The notes beneath the pieces were generated by a model. The model did no database searches, was not told where the DNA came from, and worked only from the letters and a program-made list of their open reading frames with translations. This document shows positions 25,255-39,057 of a stretch of 64,000 bases of DNA, in pieces. Origin of the DNA: Octopus bimaculoides (lineage: Eukaryota). Location: the NCBI RefSeq assembly GCF_001194135.2, contig NC_069005.1:16245894-16309893 (forward strand). Direction: 5' to 3'. Within the stretch, counting starts at the first letter, position 1. Each line of letters opens with the position of its first letter. The position numbers were made by a program, and so were the translations under genes.

Positions 25255-27676
25255 GTAATCAGACATTGTCATTGAATACTTTATATATTGAACTTTTTGT
25301 TAGTAATGTTTACACTATTCAGTAAGTTGTCATAAGTGGTATTCTAAATAAAGTGTTTTAGATATAGAAATTTATGAAGCCTATTTACCTTTCATATTCT
25401 TTTTCAGTTTATTTTCCTTACAAAATTACTGCAAAGTACTGTTTTTAAATAGACATGTAAGTGCAGGCATTCCCCAACCACTTGGTTTCAAGTTCAGTCC
25501 CACTGTGTGGCACCTTGAACAAGTGTCTTCTATTATAGCCCTGTGCCAGCCTTATTAATGGATTTGGTAGATGGAAACTACCATGTGAGTTTGTGTTTTT
25601 TTGTCTCCTTGTATCAACATTGCATGATAGTTGTAAATGAATGTCACTTTCATATAAGCAATGTCACTCATTTCTAATATTCTGCAAAAACCTGTTTTCC
25701 TATGGGGAAATATTACTTTACTTGAAAGCAAACGAGAGTTGGCAGACATAGAAAATCTGCCTCAATAAATTCTTTCTGATCTGTGCAAACATGGAAAAGT
25801 GGATGTAAAACAGTGATGATGCGACAAAAGAGAAAATAAATCATTTAGATGGTTGAGGGTTACTGATAAAGGCCAAAATTGATGCTGAGGCATCTTATAA
25901 CTGAAACAACAGCAGCAAAAAAAAAAAAAGTATTACTTGCAATGCATTTTGACCTCTTACTTTTCAGTATTTTCATTAACTCATTGAGAAAGTGTAGAAA
26001 TATACTTCACTACATTTGTTTAAAAAAAAAAACTGAATGGATAAGGTGGTATTGGACTATATTTTTGAGATGAGATTCATTGTGGAGAAAAACATTTAAT
26101 TCACATTTATTTGTATTTCAAAATGTCAGGTATTTCGTTCCAATAGCCTATCTTATCTTCTTAACAATATCAAGGGAGACCTAACTGGTGGAACTTGTTT
26201 GATAAAGGCATGGGGTTACCAACATATCTTGGACATGATGTACTGAGTTTCTAATATCTGGTAATAACACTGAACCTTACTAGGATAGTCTCTTTGTCAA
26301 TTAATAAAGGGCTGATAACATTTGATCTGTAAAATAATTACCTGAAAAAAAACTAGGGTTCAGGTTCTTTGTTTTTATCACTGTATGCCATTATTTTATC
26401 ATTTACTTCTTTCTTCACTATTGCTCTACTGCTTATTTGATGTTGTGAACCTAAAAGTGACAATTTAAATCCTATTTATTTAGATCATTTATATGTTGCT
26501 GATTGAATAGATTAAGCATTTTAGCCACGACCATCCCATCTTTTCAGAAGTGTAATATTGTAGTATTGCATGCATTTTGTATGACCATGTCATGTCTTTT
26601 CCTTTCCCAAGGGTGTAGTTTGAGAGAAAATTTGTTACTATATCTAGAAGGTTGAGTGACCACATAAAGGATCCCTTTATGTTGTTATGATGTGGAAAAT
26701 TACTGACAGCCAGTTAGGTTTCTAAGGCCATATATTGGTCTTGTTACTGAAGTATGGAAGAATAAATAAAACTTCAACATTACCAATAACATTTAGGAAA
26801 ATTAATGGTAGCAGTATTAGAAGAAAACAGTGTTTGTTGGTCTGATTGGATGACTGGTGCTTCTTTTGCCATTAAGGCTGTTTATGCATTTTAAAAAAGT
26901 ATGTGCGTGTGTGTGTGTATTAAATATTTGATCTGGCAGTGTGTGTATATAAAATATTTGATGTAGTAGTGTATGTCAAATATTTCTTGATACATTTACA
27001 TTTGGTGTATCTGTAAAGGGTTAAATATTTATTTCACAATATCATCATTTATACTCCTTGCCTTCATACGAGAAGGTAACTCTGGAAGTATACTTTTGAC
27101 ACCATGGCTAATATCAGAAAGTATTGCATTCATACAATAATTATAATTTACCTTTATCAAATTTCTTGGTGCTTATACTAAATGATGAAATGAATACTAA
27201 TTTTCATATGGGAAGTATTTATTACCTTAAAATAGAATTAATATAATATTCAAAAGGAACAAAAAAAATTGAAAACAAAACTACTTATGTTGATGTTATA
27301 TTATGGAGGCTCATGTTTTTCTCTCCATTTTTTTTTCCTTTTTCCATCTGTTTTCTCTCTTCATTCCTCAAAACTCTTCCATTTTTCCTGAGCATCAAAC
27401 TGACACTTTGTTGTTCCCTCACCTGTCCCTGTCTTGTTTTTTCGTTTAATTTTGAACCACATACACACACCTTCTTATCTGTGCACCCCTCTCATATTCT
27501 CTCTTTTACTCTTTCCCCATCTCTATACAACATAAAGTATAACTGGAGAAATCAACCAACCAACTAACCAACAATTTTATTGGCTATTGTTATATAAAGA
27601 TGGTCAAAATTTAGTTGCTACACCAATCAACTTTCCTCTATCCATTACAAGCATATTGTTTTCTGTGTATTTTCAG

Positions 27677-27774
27677 TTTTGACAAACAAGACTTTCCATG
27701 ACAAAGATACATTTTGTCCCAGTGAAGTCCTCAATGCTCTTCGATCTCGATGGGTTATTCCTGATGATGAACAG
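27677..27774 (+). CDS. USP30: USP30 exon 3
   Basis: TTTCAG acceptor; VLTNKTFHDKDTFCPSEVLNALRSRWVIPDDEQ; donor GTTAGT; phase 1/0; leads into the QDAHE motif. Confidence 0.93.
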
Positions 27775-27955
27775 GTTAGTTCCTTTTTAGTTATTTAAAG
27801 TATTAACAGTAGATTAACGTTATTTAATGTATTATATTTATTGCTATATACTTGATTAACAGAGATTTACACAGCTGAATTCATCTTGTTAGCATAGTTA
27901 CTGCTCTCATCGCTTCTTGAGATTTTATAACTAGTTACTTTGCTTGATTATATAT

Positions 27956-27999
<44 letters not shown>

Positions 28000-28231
28000 N
28001 NNNNNNNNNNNNNNNNNNNNNNNNNNNNNNNNNNNNNNNNNNNNNNNNNNNNNNNNNNNNNNNNNNNNNNNNNNNNNNNNNNNNNNNNNNNNNNNNNNNN
28101 NNNNNNNNNNNNNNNNNNNNNNNNNNNNNNNNNNNNNNNNNNNNNNNNNNNNNNNNNNNNNNNNNNNNNNNNNNNNNNNNNNNNNNNNNNNNNNNNNNNN
28201 NNNTATATATATGCGTGCATGATTTTATATA

Positions 28232-29095
28232 TCATCATTGTTTAACATCTGCCTTCCATGCTGGCATGAGTGAGATGATTTGACAAGAGCTTGCCAGGCA
28301 GAAGCCTGCACCAGACTTCTGTCATTGTTTTGGCAGGATTTTTACAGCTGGATGCCCTTCCTAAAACCAACCACTCAGCAGAGTGGACTATAGTACAGGA
28401 GAAGGAGAGAGTGTGGGAGATAGCAGAATAGAGATGGTGGCAAAGTGCCGGGCATATGAAATGATATAGTGTGACGGGGCATGGGTGGAACACACAGGTC
28501 GGAACCTAGCAAAGAGCAATGATACAGTGACACAGGGCCAAGAGGACAGGATTGGGGAGTGGGAGGTAAACCTAGTGCATGAAGTGGAAATGTGAGGAAG
28601 AGAAGAGATGTAGTTTGGTTTGTTGGGGTAGAGTGTGAGAGAAATTTTCTTGTTAAGTGTGGGTGGGACACAGTGCTTCTAGAACTCAGTTTTGCTGACA
28701 TGGGTGCGACTTCCCAAAAACTTCATATTGCCAGACATCTCAGTCCATTGTCATTTCCTCCGTGAGGCCCAACATCCTAAGATTGGTCCTTATCACTTCA
28801 TCCCACGTCTTCCTGGGTCTCCCTCTTCTGTGGGTACCATCTACTTTCAGTGATAGGTATTTCTTTATGCAGCTGTCCTCATTCATACACATCACATGTC
28901 CAAACCAACGTAGTCTTCTCTCTTGCATGCTACATTTGGTTCCTCTTGTGCCCAACTTTTCTCAATACATTTGCACTTTGTCTTACTACCATGTAGTATA
29001 GCTGTTTGCACACAAGCATCATATAGTCTACCTCACTCTGAGACAGAGTCCTTTTGTTACCAACAGAAATAATAGCTCTCTGATCTTCCTCCACC
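28232..29095 (-). mobile_element. RTE-clade LINE 3' fragment
   Basis: ORF 28740-28955: RRLRWFGHVMCM..GRPRKTWDEVIRTNLRMLGL; (GAT)n-type tail near 28232. Confidence 0.88.
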
Positions 29096-29624
29096 CAATT
29101 CTTATTCTAGAAACAATATATATATATATATATATATANNNNNNNNNNNNNNNNNNNNNNNNNNNNNNNNNNNNNNNNNNNNNNNNNNNNNNNNNNNNNN
29201 NNNNNNNNNNNNNNNNNNNNNNNNNNNNNNNNNNNNNNNNNNNNNNNNNNNNNNNNNNNNNNNNNNNNNNNNNNNNNNNNNNNNNNNNNNNNNNNNNNNN
29301 NNNNNNNNNNNNNNNNNNNNNNNNNNNNNNNNNNNNNNNNNNNNNNNNNNNNNNNNNNNNNNNNNNNNNNNNNNNNNNNNNNNNNNNNNNNNNNNNNNNN
29401 NNNNNNNNNNNNNNNNNNNNNNNNNNNNNNNNNNNNNNNNNNNNNNNNNNNNNNNNNNNNNNNNNNNNNNNNNNNNNNNNNNNNNNNNNNNNNNNNNNNN
29501 NNNNNNNNNNNNNNNNNNNNNNNNNNNNNNNNNNNNNNNNNNNNNNNNNNNNNNNNNNNNNNNNNNNNNNNNNNNNNNNNNNNNNNNNNNNNNNNNNNNN
29601 NNNNNNNNNNNNNNNNNNNNNNNN

Positions 29625-31649
29625 TTAAGAAAACTAGAAAATTAAATACATCAACCCATATACATGAATACACAAGGACATGTATAATAAAGATTTACAA
29701 TAGTAATTAAATCAAAACTTGTCACTCGCCTTGCAGGCAAATTAAAATTACAGGTAAATAAAAAGTAAAAACAAAGTAAATGTGAAAAATATTTATACAA
29801 TCTAATCATACATATATATACGATATTCACACAATATTTCTGTCATGGAAACTTGTAAAACATCCCACTCTACATACTGCAACCTTGCAGAATGCACATT
29901 GGAAAGAAGTTTCAACTGACCGTCCACTGGGAGTTTTTCTTTGTTGATGTAGGCATTCGCGGCACTGTCTTTTGCGACCCTTGATTTTTTTTCTAATTCA
30001 TGGAGATCGGCTGAACTCAAAGGGATATCTCTCTGGCAGGTTTTGCTTTTCCTTCCTACAGTTATTGTTTTGGAGGAATAACCTGCCCTCAATTGCATTG
30101 CTGCATCTGCTGATGGCTGCACCACTTCCAAGCTCCTCTGGATTTGGTATATAATATAAATGCATTTACAATGCTCATGTTTACTGTGTACCAAACCAGG
30201 TATTGCCACCATTTATTACCTGGTCTACCAACCGGATAATAACTCATCATTTGGTTCAGCTAATTTACACCGCCCATGTACCTGTTATAATCAAGGTTCA
30301 CAAACGGGGTGAACCTACACATGGTTGTGCACCGGTGGATAGAAAATTTACCTGCCTCTTATCTCTGTTTGCAGTTGCTAGCAGATTTCCTTTCTGCTGT
30401 TGGATTATTTCACCTATTTAATTTTGCTTTTTTAATATCCAACGGTAGCCCTTTTCTACTAGCAATTACTGTATACGTTGTCACAGTTTGCCCGAACTAA
30501 AAAATGGGTCAGAAAATATTATATGGTCCTGGTTATGGTATAGAAGTGATAAATTCCAGACCAATTGTGCCCTAGGTCAACTAAAAACTAAACCCACAGC
30601 AGTACCCAGTATTTGCTTTGTAAATTTTCCAGACTTTGATCTTCCATTTTGTGGGCTTTCCTGGCATATATTGTTGGAAGCGTACCCTTCCTTTACACCC
30701 CTCATCGACGGATAGGTATCTATCAGGGTTGTAGAGTGTTTTGAATGCAGTTGATGAGGAGTCTTATTTTAAATAAGGGATCAAAGTTTGGTTCTCCACG
30801 TACTGGGGGTACTGCTAGTGTCTCTCACATGTAAATACAGGTTCAATTTCACAAATTGTGTCCTTGATATAATACTGGAAACATACTGATCACCAAAAGG
30901 GTCCTGATTGCTCCAGTAATTTGCAATTCTGGGTAATTGTCTTATACCCATAATATTTATGACAAAAAATGCCCATATTTCTTCTATGCTTGTGGGAAAC
31001 CGCAAGCTATCTTTTTCTCCAGTTTGTTTACATTCTGTGTAATGGTTTGTTTCTGCAGTGATAGCTTCAAACAAACTTACTGGAAAAAGTAAGACAAAAT
31101 GTCTAATGGTTTCGCTTCCTGAGAAAGACTATGAGTAGATCTAGTCTCCTCAGAAAAATCGTTGATAAAAATATTTTTTAACTTCTTACTTCATTCAGTT
31201 TAAAATTGTCCTTGCTATCGCCACTTTCAGTTCCTTTAGAATCGCTGGGATATGTCAAGTTTATTGAGGACATGCAAAAAATACCAATTCTATTTGTTTT
31301 GGCAGATATTTAACATAATTATTGTAATAACCAAGAAACTTAATTTCATGGCAAAAGGGTTAAAGTTAGTTAATTACAACATAAAGTGAATAAGGAATGT
31401 CATTAATGTAATCATTCTCATCTCTGTGGAAATAATATATCTTTGCTCAAAATTTTATTACCCTTAATTGCAGAAAGCTAACTAACCAATCCATCTTTTG
31501 TTGAGGAATAATCATGTTTGAAATTATTTTGTTGAGATATATCAAGTTTATTGAGACTTTCAGAAAATACCAATTTTACCTTTTTTGATAGATATTTAAC
31601 GTCATTATTGGAATAACGAAGTAAGTTAATTTCACATTCAAAGGGTTAA
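29625..31649 (-). mobile_element. piggyBac transposon relic (PGBD4-like transposase)
   Basis: Minus frames: AETNHY..YWS..SRTQF..LHVRD, LSVDEG, YMPGKPTKW, SDPFFSS, YNRYMGGV, and C-terminal CREC..FQCTFCKVAVCRVGCF. Terminal AAGGG|TTAA at 31641-31649. Confidence 0.88.
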
Positions 31650-32351
31650 AAATAAACATCACGAGGAAGTAAACTGGATATTTAAGGTCACATGTATGGG
31701 TAAATGAGTGTCTTGTAGGCATTTGACAGAATCACTTTGCGGTCATATGCAAAAGTAAACCAAGACCATGTAGCAATTAACTCTTGCTACCATGTTTCTG
31801 ATGAAATATGTTGCCTTTGCTGCAATTTCGAAAATAATGAATTCAGTGAAATAATTTTGTCAATATTAACTCTATTGTTAGCATATTTCTGTTAAAATAC
31901 ACTGCCATCGATGAAGAATTTAATAAAATAATTATGCCATTATTAAAATGGTGTTTGAAACACAAACGTGAAATTTTTAATGGCAACTTTTAATTTCGGT
32001 TACTTTGAACAGGAAGTTTATATAAAAGAACCAGGGGCAGTTTCATGTGGGTTGTTGCCAAAAGGGTGAAATAGAATATATTTGAGGTCATATATGACTA
32101 AATATTGTATAACAGTCAAAGAGCAAACATATGCAGTCAAAACAAGTAATCACTGTTTAAACCAGCCGCATCCAGCCCAAATATCCTTGTTTTATGTTAA
32201 AACTGCCTATATCTGGCCTTTCACACATAACCTGCAATGTCATTCTAAAAATAATCACATCATTGAAATCTCAAAGCCATTAAGATTATGCACAATCCAA
32301 AACAATGTAAATAAATAAGCATTACATTTGACAGAGAAATCCAAATGTTGT

Positions 32352-32550
32352 GGAGGCACATGGCCTGGTGGTTAGAGCAGCAAGCTCGCAGTTGAGGGAT
32401 CGTGGGTTCAAATCTTAGACCGGGTGATGTGTGTGTTTATGAGCAAAACACTTAAGCTCCACACAATTCCGGCAGAAGGTAATAGCAAACTTCTGCTGAC
32501 TCTTTCGCCACAAGTTTCTCTTGCTCTTTCCTCCTGCATCTAGCAGCTCA
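32352..32550 (+). mobile_element. tRNA-derived SINE (family D), CpG-decayed
   Basis: Aligns to the head of the copy at 63248. Confidence 0.8.
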
Positions 32551-32559
32551 CCTGCGACA

Positions 32560-33075
32560 GGCTTGTTGGACAGTTTAACCAGAGCTAGCAAGCTGGGGAG
32601 CTGTACCAGATTTCAGTCTAATTTTGCATGGTTTCTATGTTTGGATGCCCTTCTTAATGCTAACCACTTTACAGGGTGTGTCGGGTGCTTTTACATGGCA
32701 CCACACAGGTGCTCTATACCACCAGCGGGATCATTCTTAACAATTCTGCTGTGGGGTATAGCTCTTCTTGAGTACAACCAGGCGCCAGGTACCTTGATCC
32801 TTTGTCCTCTCGCCTGAAAGGTTCAGCTTCCTGAGCTCATTCTTCAGTACCTCATCCCATGTCTTCCTGGGTCTCTCACTTTCGTGTGTTCCATCCACTT
32901 TGAGAGATCGGCACTTCTTTATGGAGCTGTCAGCATCCGTCCGCATAACATGACCAAACCAGCACAGTCCTCTTTTGCACACAGCAACCAATTCCTCTTC
33001 TGTCAAACATGTACACTTAAATTTACACATCCAGCGGAGTATACTACCTTCATTCCTTTCTTCACATGTCCTCTG
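32560..33075 (-). mobile_element. RTE-clade LINE 3' fragment
   Basis: ORF 32737-33084: CWFGHVMRT..RPRKTWDEVLKNELRKLNL. Confidence 0.85.
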
Positions 33076-33576
33076 TACATACATACATCTTAATAATACT
33101 AAAACTCTAGAGATGTTTGTGTGTACCTGAAATATCTCAAAAATAGTATATTCTATCTTAATTTTTTTTTACGTATTTATTTTCATACTTACCTTTGGCA
33201 GTGCAGTACAAATTTTTGTGATATCTGTACTTCTATTTATTAATGAAAACAATTAAACACAATTTTTGTTTGTTGTTTCTTGACGGAAAAAAAGACATGG
33301 CTTCTGTGATGTCAACACATACACACATACAGAATACACACACGTATAATAAATGTCATGGCATGTTAATCAACACAAACATATACACACACATAGTCTT
33401 TGTGCTCTCTAAAAAAAAAGACTACTTTTTAATGTACACACTATATTAATCATTTACAAATATTTTAACTGAATGTGATTTAAAAAATGTAAGTTGTTTG
33501 TACAGTATCTATATTTTAGCTTTCTTTAAACAGACAATATTTTAATGTTTTTTTTTAATTATTTTCAAGTGAATGG

Positions 33577-34026
33577 CTATCTTTCGCTTGTCATCCGGAG
33601 TTCGTTAATTTCCATAAAATTTTTTCATTCATTTACTTTTGTTTTAAAGTGAAAGGGAGGAGAAAGTGAAAGAGAGGAGAAAGTGAAAGATGTATGGACG
33701 TGTGTGTGTGAAAGGGAGAGAGTGAGTGACAGGGTATGTTGACATGTCTATGTACATACATCAATACATATGCATACATCTTTTTTGTATGTTCGTGTGC
33801 ATATGTGAGAGAGAGGGAGAATGAGTGAGTGAACGTGTGTTCTCATGTATGTATAAGTGGCACTCTCTCTCTCTCTCACACACATACATACACGTCCATT
33901 TCATATGCACGTTCATACATTTTACACTTTCTTCTCTCTTTTACTTTAAAACAAAAGTAAGTAAAAATTTTTTATGGAAATTTACGAACAAAACCAGCTG
34001 ATCTGGACGACAAGTCTGAGATCGCC
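33577..34026. mobile_element. Foldback/MITE with microsatellite-rich core
   Basis: GTTCGTTAATTTCCATAAAA..TTTTAAAGT from 33600 is inverted at ACTTTAAAA..TTTTATGGAAATTTACGAAC ending 33989. Confidence 0.75.
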
Positions 34027-35058
34027 CCAAGGGAATACCATTACAAAAATTTATTGAAGTACATTCAACGTATCTCAGCTCCAAAGATTTGGCTGCTATT
34101 TCTAGCACACTCTGCCACCACGTAACTGCTATTTGCAATAAAGGACTTGAAATATGTGTTACATGGTAGCAGGGCATGCAAGAAATAGCAGGCAAACCTT
34201 TCCTTTTCTGGGAAAAGAAGCCATTTCATTGAAAGCATGCAAAATAACCTGGAAAAGAAAAAAACCCACAAAACAAAACTCTGTTGCTGGGAAACTTGGA
34301 CTTTCCAGGTGACCCAATGGGTCACGGTAGTCATCATCATCATCATCATCATCATTTAAACATCCGCTTTCCATGCTAGCATGGGTTGGACGATTTGACT
34401 GAGGACATATATATATATNNNNNNNNNNNNNNNNNNNNNNNNNNNNNNNNNNNNNNNNNNNNNNNNNNNNNNNNNNNNNNNNNNNNNNNNNNNNNNNNNN
34501 NNNNNNNNNNNNNNNNNNNNNNNNNNNNNNNNNNNNNNNNNNNNNNNNNNNNNNNNNNNNNNNNNNNNNNNNNNNNNNNNNNNNNNNNNNNNNNNNNNNN
34601 NNNNNNNNNNNNNNNNNNNNNNNNNNNNNNNNNNNNNNNNNNNNNNNNNNNNNNNNNNNNNNNNNNNNNNNNNNNNNNNNNNNNNNNNNNNNNNNNNNNN
34701 NNNNNNNNNNNNNNNNNNNNNNNNNNNNNNNNNNNNNNNNNNNNNNNNNNNNNNNNNNNNNNNNNNNNNNNNNNNNNNNNNNNNNNNNNNNNNNNNNNNN
34801 NNNNNNNNNNNNNNNNNNNNNNNNNNNNNNNNNNNNNNNNNNNNNNNNNNNNNNNNNNNNNNNNNNNNNNNNNNNNNNNNNNNNNNNNNNNNNNNNNNNN
34901 NNNNNNNNNNNNNNNNNNNNNNNNNNNNNNNNNNNNNNNNNNNNNNNNNNNNNNNNNNNNNNNNTCTGTTGGTTGTTTTTCCTCGCATTAGGTACTAAAT
35001 GTGGTTATTTTGAGAAGTCCACTGTGTGGCGTTATTATTTTTCTGTAATAATGCCCTT

Positions 35059-35098
<40 letters not shown>

Positions 35099-35129
35099 CA
35101 CACAAACATATATATCACACATATTTTCT

Positions 35130-37905
35130 TTACTAGTTTCAATTTGAGAGCTGTGAATATGCTGGGTCACCGCTATTAGCTTTGCTACACTTTCACTGCT
35201 TACTGCTTGAAACCTCCTGATATGGAGCATTTGGTGAATGAGGAGATTTGATGTTGCTGCCCTCATCTGCATTTCTTGCTGTGAGTTATGTCCATCAGGA
35301 ACTCTTGACAGGAGGAGATCTTGTTTTGTTTTGAAAGCACCTACATTCACCCCATGTAGATCTTTTAGGTTTTGTAGGAGGATACTGAAGTGCTGTGGGG
35401 CCTTGAAACCCAACCTGTTGCAGTATCTGGTCCTGTATCCTGATAAGCAATGTTCTGCTGTTTGTTTCTATGCCAAAGTTTATAAGTTCTGGGATTTTCC
35501 AGATGTTTATCACTGTGTATCTTTCCCACTTTTTGTTCTGAAGAGTACAGTTCTGACTTTTCCAATCTCTCCCAGTGGCTGACATGTTGCTTTGAGACAA
35601 TCTTCTTTGTGTAGCTTCATTGGATTACCTTCAGGTCTGTTGTTAATCTTACTCTGTATGGTGATCATAGTTAGGAACAGTTATCTAAATGGCTGAGGAC
35701 AAATCTCCTCCAGAGAATCATCATTGTTTCTTTCTGAAAGTTGGAAGGAACCATCCAGCCATCCGTGTGCATTTTATTGCCAACTTAGTAATATGCACCT
35801 GGAAAGACTAATCATTTAAATGTCAGTGCCCAGGTTGTGTACTGAGTTTGATTCAGGGATTGCAATCCCTCCTAGGCCAGAGTATCCTGTCTGCTTTTCA
35901 TTTAGCTTCATTTGTTGGTAGTCCAGGGCTTGGAATTTTCCGGCATTAAACAGCATGTTATTGTCCTCAACCCACCTACACATTGTATCCAATTCTTGTT
36001 GCAGGTGTACAACATCTCCAGGGTTCTGTATTTCCTGAGAGACTTTTGTATCATCTGCATAGTTAGCAAAGGTGGCTATCTGAGCAGCTGAAGATGTCTG
36101 AGAGGGCTGCTATGAATAGCAGTGGCCCCAAGACAGTGACCTGTGGGGCATCATTCATTATTTGCATTTCCTTGGAGATAGCCCCATTGACCACCACTAC
36201 CTGACTTCTATTTTTTAGAAAGTCATGTAACCTTTCTCCAAATTTTCCAATTATGCTAAGCTTATGCAGCTTATGACATATCATACCATGGTTGACTTTG
36301 TCAAAGGCTTTTGCAAAGTCAAGATATATCATGTCCATGTTTGAGTTGTTGAACAGCTGCTTTAACACCCAGTTTGTGTCACACAGCTTCTACCTGGTCA
36401 AAAATCCTACTAGGTGTCAATCAGCAAGTCATTCTCTTTAAGGAATGCAATTAGTTTCCTTTGGACTATTCATTCCATGACGTTGCTGATGTGTGAGGTC
36501 AGAGTGATAGGCCTATAGTTTTTAGCATCTGCTCTGCTTCCTCCTTTATGAATAGGTCATATTACTTCCTCCTTCAGTTTGACTCGGAGCTTACCACTTG
36601 CAAGGAAGCTTTCAAAAAGAAACTGCGGTGGTTTTGTAAGGGCTCATTTGCATGATTTGAGAAGGATTGCTGTGAGTCCATTGGGGCCAGCAGGTGAGTT
36701 TGCATCCACCCTCATCTATTGCCGGTATTACATCCACTTTTTTGATGTTGATGTAATCGTTTCTGCCTCCCTTTTTATATCTGTAGTGGTAAATAATTCT
36801 ACAAGTTTTCTAACCTGCATGTGCCATAAGGATGAGGTGAAGACACTTTTGAATTGTTTATCCAGTGTTTCACTTATCCTCATCAGATTTCCCATAAGGG
36901 AGCCATCTTTTTGGAAGAGTGGCCCTATCTTGCAACACACACAGGCAGTTTCTTTGGCATACTTAAAGAAGACTTAGAGTTTGATTTTATTTATGTTTTT
37001 TTTTATAATTCAGGCTTCTTTGTCTATTGATTCTTTTTCATGGGAGCATTTCAGATGTTTCTCAATCTCCAGCAGTGCTGCTTCCAGTTGGGATTTTTCA
37101 CTGCATTTGAGTTCTCTGTTGAGTTAGTTTACAATCTTTGTATGCCATCTCATGAGCACTTTTCTCTCCCTGGGAATTTTGTTCTAATGTGCAGTGACCT
37201 TTCCTTCTAGGACAATCTTGTAGCATATGGCTTGCATTATGGACATGAGTTCTTTGAATTTCATGTCAATATCTGGTGTAGAGAGGCATTGGGGCCAATC
37301 CTGTTTCTCAACTAATTTCCAGTCAGCTTTGTGGAGGTTCAGATTGAGTAGATTTTGGGTGCTTCTCATAGGCTGTATGTGTGCAGGTTCCTTTGATCCA
37401 TACATAGTCAACTCTACTATATTGTGACCTGAGATTAGCATGTCACTTTCACATTATTGATGAGATCCATATTGTGTGTAAAGCAGAGATCAAGTGTATT
37501 GTTTGCCCTGGTTGGTTGGAGTATTACTTGTTCCATGTATAATTTGTTGGTGAGGTTGTGCATGGATTACCCCTAACTTAGTTCACATTGCATCATTCCT
37601 GAGAAGAAAAGGCCCTCAGGCCATCCTCCGTTGGGCAGGTTGAAGTCCCCTATGAGAATTACACTGATGTGTTGTTCTAGTTTGGTTAAGACTTCTGTTC
37701 TTGCAAGGCAGTCTTTGAATAGGCCTGTGTGATTTGGAGCATCTGGTGAGTGGTATGTTGTACACATAACTATATCGAGTTGCTTTATATGTACAATTAG
37801 TGTGTCACACACTGAGTTTGAGTGTGACAAAAGGATCTGGGGCATAAGATCTTCATGAAGATACATTGTAACTTTACCATGACTTGTTTTTTCTGTCACT
37901 TCGCA
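35130..37905 (-). mobile_element. CR1-group LINE (APE endonuclease plus RT), decayed
   Basis: ILIGDFNLP (APE); IYLDFAKAFDKVNH and TVLGPLLFI (RT); the 5' end lies about 120 bp before the exon 4 acceptor. Confidence 0.9.
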
Positions 37906-38023
37906 ATACCATACACTTTAGTGTCCAAAAGTGGACACTAAACGATGAGGATGATTTGTTATGGATGTAGGTAAACAATAACCAATTTCTAATGCTTACA
38001 TAGTTCTCTTCTTGATTTCTTAG

Positions 38024-38122
38024 GATGCACATGAACTTTTTCATGCCTTAACTCAGACACTTGCTGAAGAAACTGGTCACTACCCGAAAGTTTTATCTCT
38101 TTTCGATGTGTCTGCTTTGCAG
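38024..38122 (+). CDS. USP30: USP30 exon 4
   Basis: TTCTTAG acceptor; DAHELFHALTQTLAEETGHYPKVLSLFDVSALQ (human DAHELFHVITSSLEDE...LFDVHSLEQ); donor GTAAGT; 99 nt. Confidence 0.95.
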
Positions 38123-38856
38123 GTAAGTTTTTGGCTTAAAATTTGTTTCTTATTTTTCTCCAACCTTTTCTATATGTGCATTCACTCATATTCAAGCATT
38201 TTCCTTAACTCCGTGTATATTTACAGTGCTGAAATTTGATGTCTGGAACTAAATGAGCTTCACTAAAAAAAGCATTAACTAAATAAAATAGATATCATAA
38301 CTGGTGACTTCTAAAATATTTTATTTCTGAGGAATTCTTTAGTGGAATCCTGACTTACACCACCAGAAGGCATGGTATTATAATAGCTTGGATAAAATAT
38401 CAGGAAATAAGGTGGAACTCTAGAAGGTGGATGGCAACAACACATAAAGCTGGCCATTAATGAAATGGCTTAGACTTTAATATGCAGGATTTGCACTTGG
38501 TAGCCAGCAAAGAAATGTACTTACAGTTTATGGTTGATATAGTCACCAGGAATCACTAGAAACTTTAGAAAAGCTATACACAAGCTTTACATTAATTTTT
38601 CATTTTTCTTTGTTTACAAAATCTGTTCCAATTTAATCAGGTTGATAATTACTCTGACTTCAGAGAAGCCCTAGTATTTTTATGACAAAGGAAAAGTAAT
38701 TGAACTTTTAAACTGCCTCTGTAACAAAGTGATAGAATATAATTGTGTTCTTTGTGTTGGTTGAATGAGTATTGCTATAAAGTATTTTAAAGGAATGTCT
38801 TTGATATAAGCATATTTCTTTTCAAATTACTTTAATCCAACTAATTTTCCTTGCAG

Positions 38857-39057
38857 AGTCCAGATAATGAATACCAAACTTGCAAATCAGCTGTAACTCG
38901 CAGTAAAGGATTATTGCCAGTTTTACCACGAGATACAGATCATCCATTCCGTGGACACTTTGCTAGTCAGCTTACTTGTCAGTCTTGTGCATATTGTTAT
39001 CCAGTTAAATATGATTTATTTGACAGTCTGTCACTTAATATTCCTGAAAGTCATTGG
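38857..39057 (+). CDS. USP30: USP30 exon 5 (first CxxC of the fingers subdomain)
   Basis: TTGCAG acceptor; ...HPFRGHFASQLTCQSCAYCYPVKYDLFDSLSLNIPESHW; donor GTAAGT; 201 nt, phase 0/0. Confidence 0.95.
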
